Source: Rhodospirillales bacterium (GTDB lineage Bacteria > Pseudomonadota > Alphaproteobacteria > Rhodospirillales > Casp-alpha2). Taken from it: a stretch of DNA of 32,907 nucleotides. Position 1 is the first letter of the stretch, and each line of letters starts with the position of its first letter. Shown piece after piece: positions 1 to 8,718 of this stretch. A program made the position numbers and the translations under genes. The notes under the pieces are model-generated. The model was not told the origin of the DNA and did no database searches. It worked only from the letters and a program-made list of their open reading frames with translations. The stretch lies in NCBI GenBank assembly GCA_016187325.1, contig JACPJY010000157.1, positions 1-32,907 of the forward strand. The letters are read 5' to 3'.

Positions 1-2355
1 CGCTGCCCTGACGGCACCAGCACCATGCACAGCGACTTGACCAAGGTGCGCCAGACCTTGTTCAACCTTCTCTCCAACGCCTGCAAATTCACCGACCGCG
101 GGCGGATCGTGCTCGACGTGTCGCGCCATGGAAAAGGCAGCAAGACACGGTACCGCTTCGCCGTCTCCGACACCGGCATCGGTATGTCGGAGGCCGAGAT
201 CGCCAGGGTTTTCGAAGCCTTCGCTCAGGCCGGTGCCGGCACGTCGTCGCAATTCGGCGGCACCGGGCTCGGGCTCGCCATCACCCGCCGTTTCTGCGAG
301 TTGCTCGGCGGCGGCGTGACGGTGACCAGCCAAAAGGGCAAGGGCTCGACCTTCGTCATCGAGCTTCCCGCCGATCTCAAGGCGGCGACGCTGCCGGCGC
401 GCACCGTCGATGCCGACCGGGCACCGGCCGCCGGCGCCGCCGCCGGGGTCAGGAAGCCAACCGTGCTGGTGATTGACGACGACGCCGTCGTCCGCGATCT
501 GCTCCGCCGCTACCTGACGCGTAACGGCTATAACGCGGTGCTCGCGGAAAGCGGCGAGGAGGGAATCCGCCTTGCCGGCGAGATGTCGCCCGACGCCATT
601 ACGCTCGACGTGCTGATGCCGCAAATGGACGGCTGGGCGGTTCTGAAGGCGCTGAAGGACGATCCGGCGGTTGCCGATATTCCCGTCATCATGCTGACCA
701 TCGTCGACGACAAGAACCTCGGCTTCTCGCTCGGTGCGGCGGATTATCTGGCGAAGCCGGTGGACCAGGCGAAACTGATTCAGATTCTCGAACGGCATTG
801 CCCGAAGGCCGGCCAGGCGCGGGTGCTGGTAGTCGAGGATGAAGAATCGACCCGCCGCATGATGCGCCTGATCCTGGAGCGCGAGGGCTGCGTCGTCGCC
901 GAGGCCGAGAACGGCCGCGTCGCCCTCGAGCGGCTCGACGCGGGCCCACCCGATCTAATCGTGCTCGACCTGATGATGCCCGAAATGGACGGATTCGAGT
1001 TCCTGGCGGAGTGCGGCAAGAACGAAACCTGGCGCAAGATCCCAATCGTCGTGATGACCGCCAAGAAGCTGACCGCCGCCGACCGACGGCGCCTGGAAGG
1101 GGGCGTGGCGATGCTGCTGGAGAAGAGCGACGACGACCTGGATGCGCTGCTGGCGTTGCTCCGCGACGTGATCGCCAAGCGGCCCGGGCCGACGCCGGCG
1201 GCCGCCCCTCCCGCGTCGACGGCGAAAACGGCCGACGATCGAGCAGTTTCCCAGATTCCGGTCATCAAAGGCTCAGCGGCGGTCGCCGGCCGGCCGCTGA
1301 CGACCGGCCACGTCCTGGTGGTCGACGACCTGGAGACCAACCGCGAGCTGCTGAAGCGCCATCTCGTCCGCGACGGCCACACCGTGACCCTTGCCGACGG
1401 CGGCCGGCAGGCGTTGGCGGTCGCCGACCGCGAGCCGTTCGACGTCATTCTCCTCGATTTAATGATGCCGGACCTGAACGGATTCGCCGTGCTGTCCCGC
1501 CTCAAGGCCGACGGCCGGACCGAGAACATCCCGGTCATCATGATTTCAGCGTTGAACGAGGAGAAGCACGCCATCCAATGCATCGAGGCCGGCGCCGAGG
1601 ACTATCTTACCAAGCCGTTCGATATCGTGCTGCTGCGGGCACGGATCAACTCCTGTATCGAGCGCAAGCGCGCCCACGATCGCGAGGAGGTCTACCGGGT
1701 GCGCCTGGAGGCGGAAAAGGAAAAATCCGAGGACCTGCTGCTCAACATCCTGCCGCCGAAGATCGTCGATCGCATCAACGCCGGCGAGGAATTGATCGCC
1801 GATCGGTTTGATAGCGTCAGCGTGCTATTCTCGGACTTGGTCGGGTTCACCGAGATTTCGGCGTCGATGGGGCCGTCAGAGCTGGTCCATAGTCTCAACC
1901 GGCTATTCTCCTGCTTCGATCTTCTGGCCAAGCAGTTCGGAGTCGAGAAGGTGAAGACCATCGGCGATGCCTACATGGTAGTTGCCGGCCTGCCCGACCC
2001 GAAGCCCGATCATAAGGAGGCTTGCGCCGAAATGGCGCTCGGCATGATCAAGGTGCTCGACGAGATCAACCCGACCTTGGCCAAGCCGTTCGACATCCGG
2101 ATCGGCATCCACAGCGGTCCCGTGGTCGCCGGCATCATCGGCAAGCACAAGTTCGTCTACGACGTTTGGGGGAGCACGGTGAACGTCGCCAGCCGCTTCG
2201 AATCATACTGCATTCCCAACCACATTCACGTATCGGCCGAGTTGGCCGGCCCGCTGGCGGAAAAATTCGTTTTCGAATCCCGGGGATTGCTGAAGATGCG
2301 CGGCGTCGGCGAAATCGAGACGTTCTTCCTCAAGGGCCGCAAGGGCGCCGCCTGA
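1..2355 (+). CDS. Hybrid sensor histidine kinase (5' end outside window) fused to three receiver domains and a C-terminal class III adenylate cyclase domain
   Basis: Frame 1 is open from nt 1 (no stop before the ATG at 25), so the gene starts upstream. HATPase_c boxes: [10 protein letters not shown] (N), DTGIGM (G1), GGTGLGLAI (G2). Three REC domains have phospho-Asp contexts [22 protein letters not shown] and [11 protein letters not shown]. The C-terminus has class III cyclase motifs [16 protein letters not shown] and [13 protein letters not shown]. The Lys/Asp specificity pair suggests ATP as substrate. Confidence 0.9.
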   Translation, partial: RCPDGTSTMHSDLTKVRQTLFNLLSNACKFTDRGRIVLDVSRHGKGSKTRYRFAVSDTGIGMSEAEIARVFEAFAQAGAGTSSQFGGTGLGLAITRRFCELLGGGVTVTSQKGKGSTFVIELPADLKAATLPARTVDADRAPAAGAAAGVRKPTVLVIDDDAVVRDLLRRYLTRNGYNAVLAESGEEGIRLAGEMSPDAITLDVLMPQMDGWAVLKALKDDPAVADIPVIMLTIVDDKNLGFSLGAADYLAKPVDQAKLIQILERHCPKAGQARVLVVEDEESTRRMMRLILEREGCVVAEAENGRVALERLDAGPPDLIVLDLMMPEMDGFEFLAECGKNETWRKIPIVVMTAKKLTAADRRRLEGGVAMLLEKSDDDLDALLALLRDVIAKRPGPTPAAAPPASTAKTADDRAVSQIPVIKGSAAVAGRPLTTGHVLVVDDLETNRELLKRHLVRDGHTVTLADGGRQALAVADREPFDVILLDLMMPDLNGFAVLSRLKADGRTENIPVIMISALNEEKHAIQCIEAGAEDYLTKPFDIVLLRARINSCIERKRAHDREEVYRVRLEAEKEKSEDLLLNILPPKIVDRINAGEELIADRFDSVSVLFSDLVGFTEISASMGPSELVHSLNRLFSCFDLLAKQFGVEKVKTIGDAYMVVAGLPDPKPDHKEACAEMALGMIKVLDEINPTLAKPFDIRIGIHSGPVVAGIIGKHKFVYDVWGSTVNVASRFESYCIPNHIHVSAELAGPLAEKFVFESRGLLKMRGVGEIETFFLKGRKGAA

Positions 2356-2386
2356 GCCTGAGCGGCGCCAGCCCGGACGGCCGCCG

Positions 2387-2782
2387 TCACGTCTTGGCGG
2401 GGAAAAATCCCGTCACGGCAGCGCGCAAGGCATCGAGCGAGAACGGTTTCGGCAGGATGGCGTCGGCGCCAATCCTTTCCGCCGCCTTCAGCGCCGCCTC
2501 GGGGGTCATCTCGGAGTAGCCCGCCGAGGTGGCGAGAATCTTTGCTTCGGGGCGCATCCGGCGCATCTCCTGGATGCCTTTGATCCCGCCCATCCCGGCC
2601 ATGAAGATGTCGGTGACGACGAGCGCGTAGTCCAGCCGCTCGAAGTCCTTGAGCGCGTCTTCCATGTTGAGCGCGATGGTCACCCGGAAGCCTTCGCGCG
2701 ACAGTGCCCGGCTGAGGATGTCGAGGGTGTTTTTGTCGTCTTCGACGACCAACACGTTTCGAACGCCCTTGGCTCCCAGCAT
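2387..2782 (-). CDS. Single-domain response regulator (receiver only)
   Basis: The ATG at 2782 is preceded by GAGGGA. The track start at 2821 would overlap the stop of the upstream gene. REC landmarks: VLVVEDD, VVTDIFM, ILATSAG, LPKPF. No output domain. Paralogue of 3307..3708. Confidence 0.88.
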   Translation of the reverse strand: MLGAKGVRNVLVVEDDKNTLDILSRALSREGFRVTIALNMEDALKDFERLDYALVVTDIFMAGMGGIKGIQEMRRMRPEAKILATSAGYSEMTPEAALKAAERIGADAILPKPFSLDALRAAVTGFFPAKT

Positions 2783-2789
2783 CGTTCCC

Positions 2790-3164
2790 TCAGCTTTTCG
2801 ATTGTGGCAGCAAGTTCTCAATTTTCTCGAGCAGCCGGGACAATTCGATCGGCTTGGTGTCGTAATCGTCGCACCCGGCCGCCAAGGCCTTCTCCCGGTC
2901 TCCGGTCATGGCATGGGCGGTGAGCGCGATGATCGGGATGGCGGCTGTTTCGGCCGCCGCTTTCAGCCGCCGCGCCGTCTCCCATCCGTCGATCCCGGGC
3001 AGGCTCAGGTCCATCAGAATGAGGTCGGGGCCGCCCTGGGTAGCCGTACCGATGCCGGTTTCGCCGTCGGCCGCGAGCACCACCTCAAAGCCTCTGCGTC
3101 GAAGCCGCCGCGCCAGCATGTCGCGGTTCATCTCATTATCCTCGATGACCAGAACCTTGGCCAT
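2790..3164 (-). CDS. Single-domain response regulator, DivK-like pattern
   Basis: The ATG at 3164 is preceded by GGGGAGG. Sequence landmarks: MAKVLVIEDNEMNRDML, LILMDLSLPGIDG, IIALTAHAMTGD, DYDTKPI. The stop lies 7 nt before the next receiver gene, so the two are probably co-transcribed. Confidence 0.88.
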   Translation of the reverse strand: MAKVLVIEDNEMNRDMLARRLRRRGFEVVLAADGETGIGTATQGGPDLILMDLSLPGIDGWETARRLKAAAETAAIPIIALTAHAMTGDREKALAAGCDDYDTKPIELSRLLEKIENLLPQSKS

Positions 3165-3306
3165 GTCCTCCCCCTGGGAAGGTCCGCCACCGAGGCGGCT
3201 GGCGGTTAACGGCAATCGCGCTGACGACGGCGCGAATTGCGGGCCGGCCAAGTATAATCGGAAACGCCGCGATCGGAAGAAATTTGTGCCCGGCCGGAGA
3301 CCACGG

Positions 3307-3708
3307 TCATTTCCCGGGACGCCGGTTTTCCAAAAGCCGCGTCATGGTGAGGCGCAGATCGGCGAGCGGGAAGGGCTTCGGCAGGATGGCGTCGGCCCCC
3401 ACCTCGCGCGCCGTTTTCAGCGCCGCTTCCGCCGACATGTTGGAAAAACCGGCGGAGATGGCGATGATCGGCACCTCCGGCCGCGCCTGGCGCATGCCGG
3501 AGATTCCTTTGATGCCGCCCATGCCTTCCATGAACACGTCGGTGATCACCAGGTCGTACTTCCGGCCCTGGAACCTGGCGAGCCCGTCCTCGGCGCGGTG
3601 CACTACGTCCACATGGTGGCCATTCTTGGAGATGACGCGGGAGATCAGCGAGGCGTGGGATTCCTCGTCGTCGATCACCAGTACGTTTAATGGCGATGTG
3701 GCCGGCAA
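3307..3708 (-). CDS. Single-domain response regulator (receiver only)
   Basis: Landmarks: NVLVIDDEE, LVITDVFMEGMGGIKGI, IIAISAG, LPKPF. By hand alignment, about half of the aligned residues are identical to the 2387..2782 product. Confidence 0.88.
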   Translation of the reverse strand: MPATSPLNVLVIDDEESHASLISRVISKNGHHVDVVHRAEDGLARFQGRKYDLVITDVFMEGMGGIKGISGMRQARPEVPIIAISAGFSNMSAEAALKTAREVGADAILPKPFPLADLRLTMTRLLENRRPGK

Positions 3709-3770
3709 ACATGCCCCCCCTGGCCCTGGGCGGTGCCGATCATAGCATATTTGCCCCGATTGTCGGCGCT

Positions 3771-5129
3771 TCAGCCCCCGAACTTGGCAAATCCTTTGAG
3801 ATCGGCCTGCTCGAACAGGTCGCGACAGTAGCGCCGGAGCGCCTCGGCGCGGGTTTCCGGCCAGCCGCCGAACGCGGCATTGGCGTGGAACTTAGCCGCC
3901 AGCTCGTCGTCGGAAAGAGGTTCGCGCGCGCCGCCCCTGAGATGCGGTTGCGTCGCCTCGCGGCCGCTGCCGTCCTTCAGGGTGACGCTCAGATGGCCCG
4001 TGTAGTTGCGCGGGTATTCGTTGGCTGGGTCGATCCGGTAATGCACCTTTTCGGCCAGCTTGAGCAGTCGTGCATCGGCGATGCGTTGCTCGGTGTATTG
4101 GCCGAGCCCGGCGGCGCCGTCGACGAACGCGATGGCGACCGAGAACGGCACGCTGAACTTGGCCGAATAGGGCGTCGTGGGGCGCGTCTTTTCGGCACGC
4201 GGCTCCCACAGGCGGTGCACGGTGCCCTCGCCGACGTCGCAGCGCACCTCGACGATGTCGTCGGCGGCGACGCCGGCGCCCTTGAGCTTCAGCGCCGCGT
4301 CGATGAACGGCTGGCACATGGTGCCGCAGGCATAGGGCTTGAAAGCGATGCCGGTCATCCGCCAGGTCCGGCCGAGGCGGTCGGTGAGCGCGCCGAAGTC
4401 GGGCGCGATGCCTTCGCTACCGAATGCCATGAAGAAGCCGTGTTTACCCTCGAACACCGTGCGCGGTCCGTTAAATCCGGCGCGCGCCAGCATCGCCGCC
4501 CGGAGTCCGGCCTGCGCCGCCCAGCCGGGGTGCAACCGCTTCGTCCACGCCCCCTCGGCAAGGTACTCGATGATCCCCGATGCCAGGCTGCCGGCGATGC
4601 CGAGCGCGTCGGTGATCTGCCGGGCGTCGAGCCCGAGCGCGGCGCCGGCGCCGGCGGCCGCGCCCATCGCCCCGATCACCGCCGTCGGATGGAAGCCGGC
4701 CCGGTGCTGCGCGGTCGGTGCCACCAGCGCCATCCGGCACATCACCTCGGCCGCCACCGCCATGCCCTTCAGCGCGTCGGCGCCCGAGCGGCCTTCGGAC
4801 TCGCACGCCGCGAGCGCCATCGGCACCGCCACGGCGCCGGTGTGCACCGGCGTGCCTTCGAAGGTGTCGTCGAAATCCTCGCCGTGGGCAGCAGTCCCGT
4901 TGACGACCGAGGCGCCGGCGGCGTCCATCGTGCCCACGTGGCCGATGGCGGTGGCCTTGCCGGTGCCGCCCCAGCCGGCCTTGACTGCGGCGACGTAATC
5001 CGTGCGTCTTGCCGCCACGCACAGTCCGGCAACGTCGAGTAGCGAGCGACCGGCGGCCTGTCCGTCGAGGCCGACCGCCCATTCGGCAATGGTCTCGGCG
5101 ACGGCGGCGCCCGCTGGCGGGGTGCTCAT
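3771..5129 (-). CDS. MmgE/PrpD family protein (2-methylcitrate dehydratase-like)
   Basis: I moved the start to the ATG at 5129 (MSTPPAG...), which overlaps the tctA stop as ATGA. The longer track ORF (to 5459) would run inside tctA. Family-typical stretches: NGTAAHGEDFDDT, FHPTAVIGAMGAAAG, SLASGIIEYL. Confidence 0.85.
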   Translation of the reverse strand: MSTPPAGAAVAETIAEWAVGLDGQAAGRSLLDVAGLCVAARRTDYVAAVKAGWGGTGKATAIGHVGTMDAAGASVVNGTAAHGEDFDDTFEGTPVHTGAVAVPMALAACESEGRSGADALKGMAVAAEVMCRMALVAPTAQHRAGFHPTAVIGAMGAAAGAGAALGLDARQITDALGIAGSLASGIIEYLAEGAWTKRLHPGWAAQAGLRAAMLARAGFNGPRTVFEGKHGFFMAFGSEGIAPDFGALTDRLGRTWRMTGIAFKPYACGTMCQPFIDAALKLKGAGVAADDIVEVRCDVGEGTVHRLWEPRAEKTRPTTPYSAKFSVPFSVAIAFVDGAAGLGQYTEQRIADARLLKLAEKVHYRIDPANEYPRNYTGHLSVTLKDGSGREATQPHLRGGAREPLSDDELAAKFHANAAFGGWPETRAEALRRYCRDLFEQADLKGFAKFGG

Positions 5130-6622
5130 GGCGCGGGTTCCGATGGCGCGGCGCGGCGCCGGAAGCGCGGCGCCAGGGCCGGCCACGCCAGCCCGACCAC
5201 CGTGAGCACGAAGAACACGACCACGATCGGACTGTCGAAGAAGCGCAGCCAGTCGTTGTCGAACATGATCATCGATTGCGACAGCCGCTCCTCGACCATG
5301 GCGCCAAGGATCAGGCCCATCACCAGCGGCGCCGGGCCGAATCCGTGCCGGTTCATCACGAAGCCGCCGATGCCGGCCGCCAGCATCACCCACACGTCGA
5401 ACAGCGAGCCGGAGAACGAGTAGGCGCCGATCATCGAGAACACGAACACCGACGGCCATAGAAAGGTGGGCGGGATCATAGTGATGCGCGAGAACACCTT
5501 GGCCCCGGCCAGCCCGATACCCAGGAAAAGGAAGTTGGCGACCAGCATCGCCCCGAAGATGGCGTAGATAAACTCCGGCGTCTGCTGCACCAGGTACGGT
5601 CCGGGACGGAAGCCGTGCATGATCAGCGCCGCCAGGATCAACGCCGTGGTGCTGCTGCCGGGGATGCCGAGCGCCAGGGTCGGCACCATGGCGCCGCCAG
5701 TGGCGGCGTTATTGGCGGCCTCGGGTCCGGCGACGCCCTCGATGGCGCCGTGGCCGAACTCGCCTTTGTGCTTGGACCAGCGCTTGGCCTCGTTGTAGCC
5801 GATGATCGCCGCCACGGTCGAACCCTCGGCCGGCAAGATGCCGACGAAGGTGCCGATCACCGACGACCGAAGGATGGGGCCGCGGACCTTGCGGAAATCG
5901 TCGCGGCTGGGAAGCCGGATCACCACCGAGGTGATGCGCTCGTAGAGCACGTCGAGGGTGCGCGATTGGCTCAACAGCTCGGACATCGCGAACAGGCCGA
6001 TCAGCACCGGCACGAAGTGGATGCCGTCGGCGAGTTCCGGGACCCCGAAAGTGAAGCGCTGCACGCCGGTGGTCAGGTGGATACCGGCGGTGCCGATCAG
6101 CACGCCGACGGCGCCGGCGATCAGGTTGCGCACCGGCGAGCGGCCGCTAACCGTCGCCAGCATGGACAGCGCGAACACTGCCAGCGCGAAGTACTCCGGC
6201 GGCCGGAAGCTCAACGCCACCTCGGCCAGCCACGGTGTCGCCAGCAGGAACACCAACAGGCTGAAGACGCCGCCGATGACGCTCGCCACCGCCGCCATGC
6301 CGAGCGCCCGGCCGGCTTCGCCTTTCTTGGCCATCGGATAACCGTCGAAGGCGGTCGCCACCGCCGGCGGCGCGCCGGGAGCATTGATCAGGATGGCGGT
6401 GATCGAGCCGCCGAAGGTGCCGGCGCAATAGAGCGCTGCCAGCATCGAGATCGCCGGCACCGGGTCCAGCGTCACCGTGAACGGCATCAGCAGGGCGACC
6501 GCCATCGGCGAGCTCAGGCCCGGCAGCGCGCCGACGACGACACCGACCAGCACGCCAGCCAGGATCAGCGCCAGGTTGAACGGCTGGGCCACGAGCATAA
6601 GGCCGTGCAGCACCGGGTCCAT
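5126..6622 (-). CDS. tctA: Tripartite tricarboxylate transporter large permease TctA
   Basis: 498-aa polytopic membrane protein. GALPGLSSPMAVALLMPFT and GGSITAILINAPGAP are typical of TctA. It sits after tctB and tctC on the same strand. Confidence 0.9.
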   Translation of the reverse strand: MDPVLHGLMLVAQPFNLALILAGVLVGVVVGALPGLSSPMAVALLMPFTVTLDPVPAISMLAALYCAGTFGGSITAILINAPGAPPAVATAFDGYPMAKKGEAGRALGMAAVASVIGGVFSLLVFLLATPWLAEVALSFRPPEYFALAVFALSMLATVSGRSPVRNLIAGAVGVLIGTAGIHLTTGVQRFTFGVPELADGIHFVPVLIGLFAMSELLSQSRTLDVLYERITSVVIRLPSRDDFRKVRGPILRSSVIGTFVGILPAEGSTVAAIIGYNEAKRWSKHKGEFGHGAIEGVAGPEAANNAATGGAMVPTLALGIPGSSTTALILAALIMHGFRPGPYLVQQTPEFIYAIFGAMLVANFLFLGIGLAGAKVFSRITMIPPTFLWPSVFVFSMIGAYSFSGSLFDVWVMLAAGIGGFVMNRHGFGPAPLVMGLILGAMVEERLSQSMIMFDNDWLRFFDSPIVVVFFVLTVVGLAWPALAPRFRRRAAPSEPAP

Positions 6623-6631
6623 CGCGTGGCT

Positions 6632-7153
6632 TCAGTCGACGCCGAGCAGCGGCGCCAACAGGCCCGGCTCGAACGGCACCTTCAACAGGCCTGAAAATAC
6701 CAGCGCCACCGCGCCCGGGAACAGCAGCGCGAAAGGAATCACCCGCGTCATCCGCCGTTCGCCCCACAGTGCCGGCAACAGCAGGCAGGCGAGCACCATC
6801 GATGCCAGGGTGCCGATCCAGGCCATCGACGCCGCCACCGCCGCCAGCAGCGTCGCCGTCATCCAGGTCATCACGGGAATCGGTGCCGATCTTCGCCTCG
6901 CGCCGCGGCGTTTCAAAATCAATGGCTCGAACGGCAGGACCAAGGCCAGCACGACGATGGTAACGAGCACCAGCCGGGGGAAGAACTCGGGGGGAATGTT
7001 CTGCGCCAGCAGCGTCGACACCGCTTCGAAGGTTGTGGTTTCCAGCCACAGCGCCAGGGCGACAGTGAGGATGACCAGCGTCACCCCGATATCCGTTCGC
7101 GTCGCGGGCTCGGGTTCGCCATTGCGGCCGCCGTTTCCGGGGATGCTGGTCAT
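6632..7153 (-). CDS. tctB: Tripartite tricarboxylate transporter small membrane protein TctB
   Basis: 173-aa hydrophobic protein with about 4 TM segments, lying between tctC and tctA with gaps of 19 and 9 nt. ATG confirmed at 7153. Confidence 0.8.
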   Translation of the reverse strand: MTSIPGNGGRNGEPEPATRTDIGVTLVILTVALALWLETTTFEAVSTLLAQNIPPEFFPRLVLVTIVVLALVLPFEPLILKRRGARRRSAPIPVMTWMTATLLAAVAASMAWIGTLASMVLACLLLPALWGERRMTRVIPFALLFPGAVALVFSGLLKVPFEPGLLAPLLGVD

Positions 7154-7172
7154 GGCGTTGCGGCCGCGTCCG

Positions 7173-8153
7173 TCATTTGAGCAGGCCCAGCGACTTCAGG
7201 GTCTCCCGAGCGGCCGCGTACTCTTCCTTGATCTGGCGGTCCCAGACGTCGTGGCCGGCGACGTTGGTCCCGGCATCGAGACCGACGCCCTTCAGGTAAT
7301 TAGCGAACGCCGGCTCGCGCATGGCGGCGACAAAGGCTTTCGACAACGCCTCAACGCGCTCAGGGGGCGCGCCCTTCAGCACCCAATAGCCGCGGGTAGT
7401 CGAAGTCTTGACCTGGTAGCCGAGCTCGAAGGTCGCTGGCACGTCAGCGAACTCCGGCAGCCGCTTCTCCGCCATCACCGCCAGCGCCCGCATGGTGCCG
7501 TCCTTGATCTGCTGGCCGCCCTCGCTGACGTTGGGGAGCGTCGCGTCGATGGCACCCGACATCAGCGCCTGCACCATCTGCGCGCCGGAGCCGAACGGCA
7601 CCACCTTGAATTTGATGCCGGCGGCGGTCGCGAGCTGGGCGAGACCGATGTGCTCGGTGCCACCGACGTTGGCGATGCCCCAGTTGAGCGCGTTCGTCCT
7701 CGAGGCTTCGATCAGCGCCGCCAGCGTCTTATGGGGGCTGGTCTTGGCGACGGCAACGAAGGTGGGGTCGTCCATCGCGCGGGCGACGCCGACCACGTCG
7801 TCGATCGTCAGAGGCGAGCCGCCGCGGGCGATGGTGTAAAGGTGCGTCTGCGTCATCGCCAACACAGTGTGGCCGTCGCGCGGCTTGCTCATCGCGTACT
7901 GATGCGCCTTGGAACCGCCGCCGCCGCGCTTGGCGACGACGGTGAAATCGGCGCCGAGGATGCGCTTGGCGCCGACGATCATCATCCGCGCCGTGGTGTC
8001 GGTACCGCCGCCGTACTTGGAATGGATCACCACCTCGATCGGCTTGGCCGGGAATTTCTCGGCCGCCGCGGCGGCGACGGCCGCTAGCGCCAAAAGGGCG
8101 GCCGATGCCGCCCGGACAATGCGCCGACAGGGCCGCCGCGCACGATTGATCAT
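7173..8153 (-). CDS. tctC: Tripartite tricarboxylate transporter substrate-binding protein (TctC/Bug family)
   Basis: The ATG at 8153 (MINRARRPCRR...) is preceded by GGGAGGGG. Signal peptide ALLALAAVAAAAAE. FPAKPIEVVI...GGGTD and VVPFGSGAQ fit the Bug-family pattern. Confidence 0.85.
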   Translation of the reverse strand: MINRARRPCRRIVRAASAALLALAAVAAAAAEKFPAKPIEVVIHSKYGGGTDTTARMMIVGAKRILGADFTVVAKRGGGGSKAHQYAMSKPRDGHTVLAMTQTHLYTIARGGSPLTIDDVVGVARAMDDPTFVAVAKTSPHKTLAALIEASRTNALNWGIANVGGTEHIGLAQLATAAGIKFKVVPFGSGAQMVQALMSGAIDATLPNVSEGGQQIKDGTMRALAVMAEKRLPEFADVPATFELGYQVKTSTTRGYWVLKGAPPERVEALSKAFVAAMREPAFANYLKGVGLDAGTNVAGHDVWDRQIKEEYAAARETLKSLGLLK

Positions 8154-8469
8154 CTGGAACCCCTCCCGAGAACGGGACCGTTGGGTCGCCGCCCCTTGGC
8201 GAAAAGGTGCGGCCGTCCCGCGTCGGCTGTCAACCGCTAACACCGGCGCCCCCGGGCTCGCGAATCGACCGCCGCAAAACCGCCGCCGGGCCTCAGCGGA
8301 AGCCTGGCGGCGCCTCGGTCATCCAAGAAAAACAACTGATTTTTCAATAAGTTATGTTATGTGACCGCCGTCACTTCCGATTGCTTGGGGATAGGCTAAT
8401 CTCGCCTCCAACGTTCGCGGGCTGACTGCCCCGAAGACACACCCAGGCGGGCAGTCCGGTTTCCCTCGA

Positions 8470-8546
8470 AAAGGCAAACCATCGGAAACGATGGGACGCA
8501 ATACCACCGGCCTAAGGCCACTGGCTATGGCAGCGGGGTTGCCGAA
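8470..8546 (+). promoter_or_regulatory. c-di-GMP-I (GEMM-I) riboswitch aptamer
   Basis: The RNA reads GGCAAACC-AUCG-GAAA-CGAU-GGGACGCAAUACCACCGG-CCUAAG-GCCACUGGC-UAUGG-CAGCGGGGUUGCCGAA. This matches, block for block, the Vc2/GEMM-I aptamer as I recall it. P1: 8473-8477 pairs with 8539-8543. P2: 8479-8484 pairs with 8489-8494, capped by a GAAA loop. The 11-nt tetraloop-receptor halves are at 8511-8516 and 8526-8530. The aptamer ends 3 nt before the AGGAG SD of the next gene. Confidence 0.85.
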
Positions 8547-8559
8547 AGGAGAAACGAAA

Positions 8560-8718
8560 ATGTTCTACATCTTCAAGTCGATCATTGACGGGCTCTGGGG
8601 CTTCTGGAGTGGGATTTTCACGCCCCTGCCCTACGGTAACCCCTACATCGCGACCGTCGTGCTGTTCGTAGCGGTTGCCGTCGTCTGCAAACTGCTCAGT
8701 GGAAGAGGGACCACCTAA
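8560..8718 (+). CDS. Small (52 aa) hypothetical membrane peptide
   Basis: The ATG at 8560 lies 8 nt after AGGAG (8547-8551). Sequence: MFYIFKSIIDGLWGFWSGIFTPLPYGNPYIATVVLFVAVAVVCKLLSGRGTT, with one clear C-terminal TM helix. Its stop overlaps the PilZ start (TAATG). The track start at 8491 lies inside the aptamer. Confidence 0.65.
   Translation: MFYIFKSIIDGLWGFWSGIFTPLPYGNPYIATVVLFVAVAVVCKLLSGRGTT

Noticed and set aside
3690-5042. 450-aa ORF on the plus strand
   Set aside because: Antisense shadow of the MmgE/PrpD-family gene.
5130-5459. N-terminal extension of the PrpD-family ORF (track start 5459)
   Set aside because: It would overlap 330 nt of tctA in another frame. Family similarity begins at MSTPPAG (5129), which gives the common ATGA coupling.
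5615-8087. 359-aa and 536-aa plus-strand ORFs (5615..6694, 6477..8087)
   Set aside because: Antisense shadows across tctA, tctB and tctC. Their products are Arg/His/Asp-rich and non-membrane, whereas the sense strand encodes coherent transporter proteins.
8491-8559. Upstream ATG (8491) giving a 75-aa version of the small ORF
   Set aside because: The ATG lies inside the P2 stem of the riboswitch aptamer and has no SD. The ATG at 8560 has an ideal AGGAG at 8-nt spacing.
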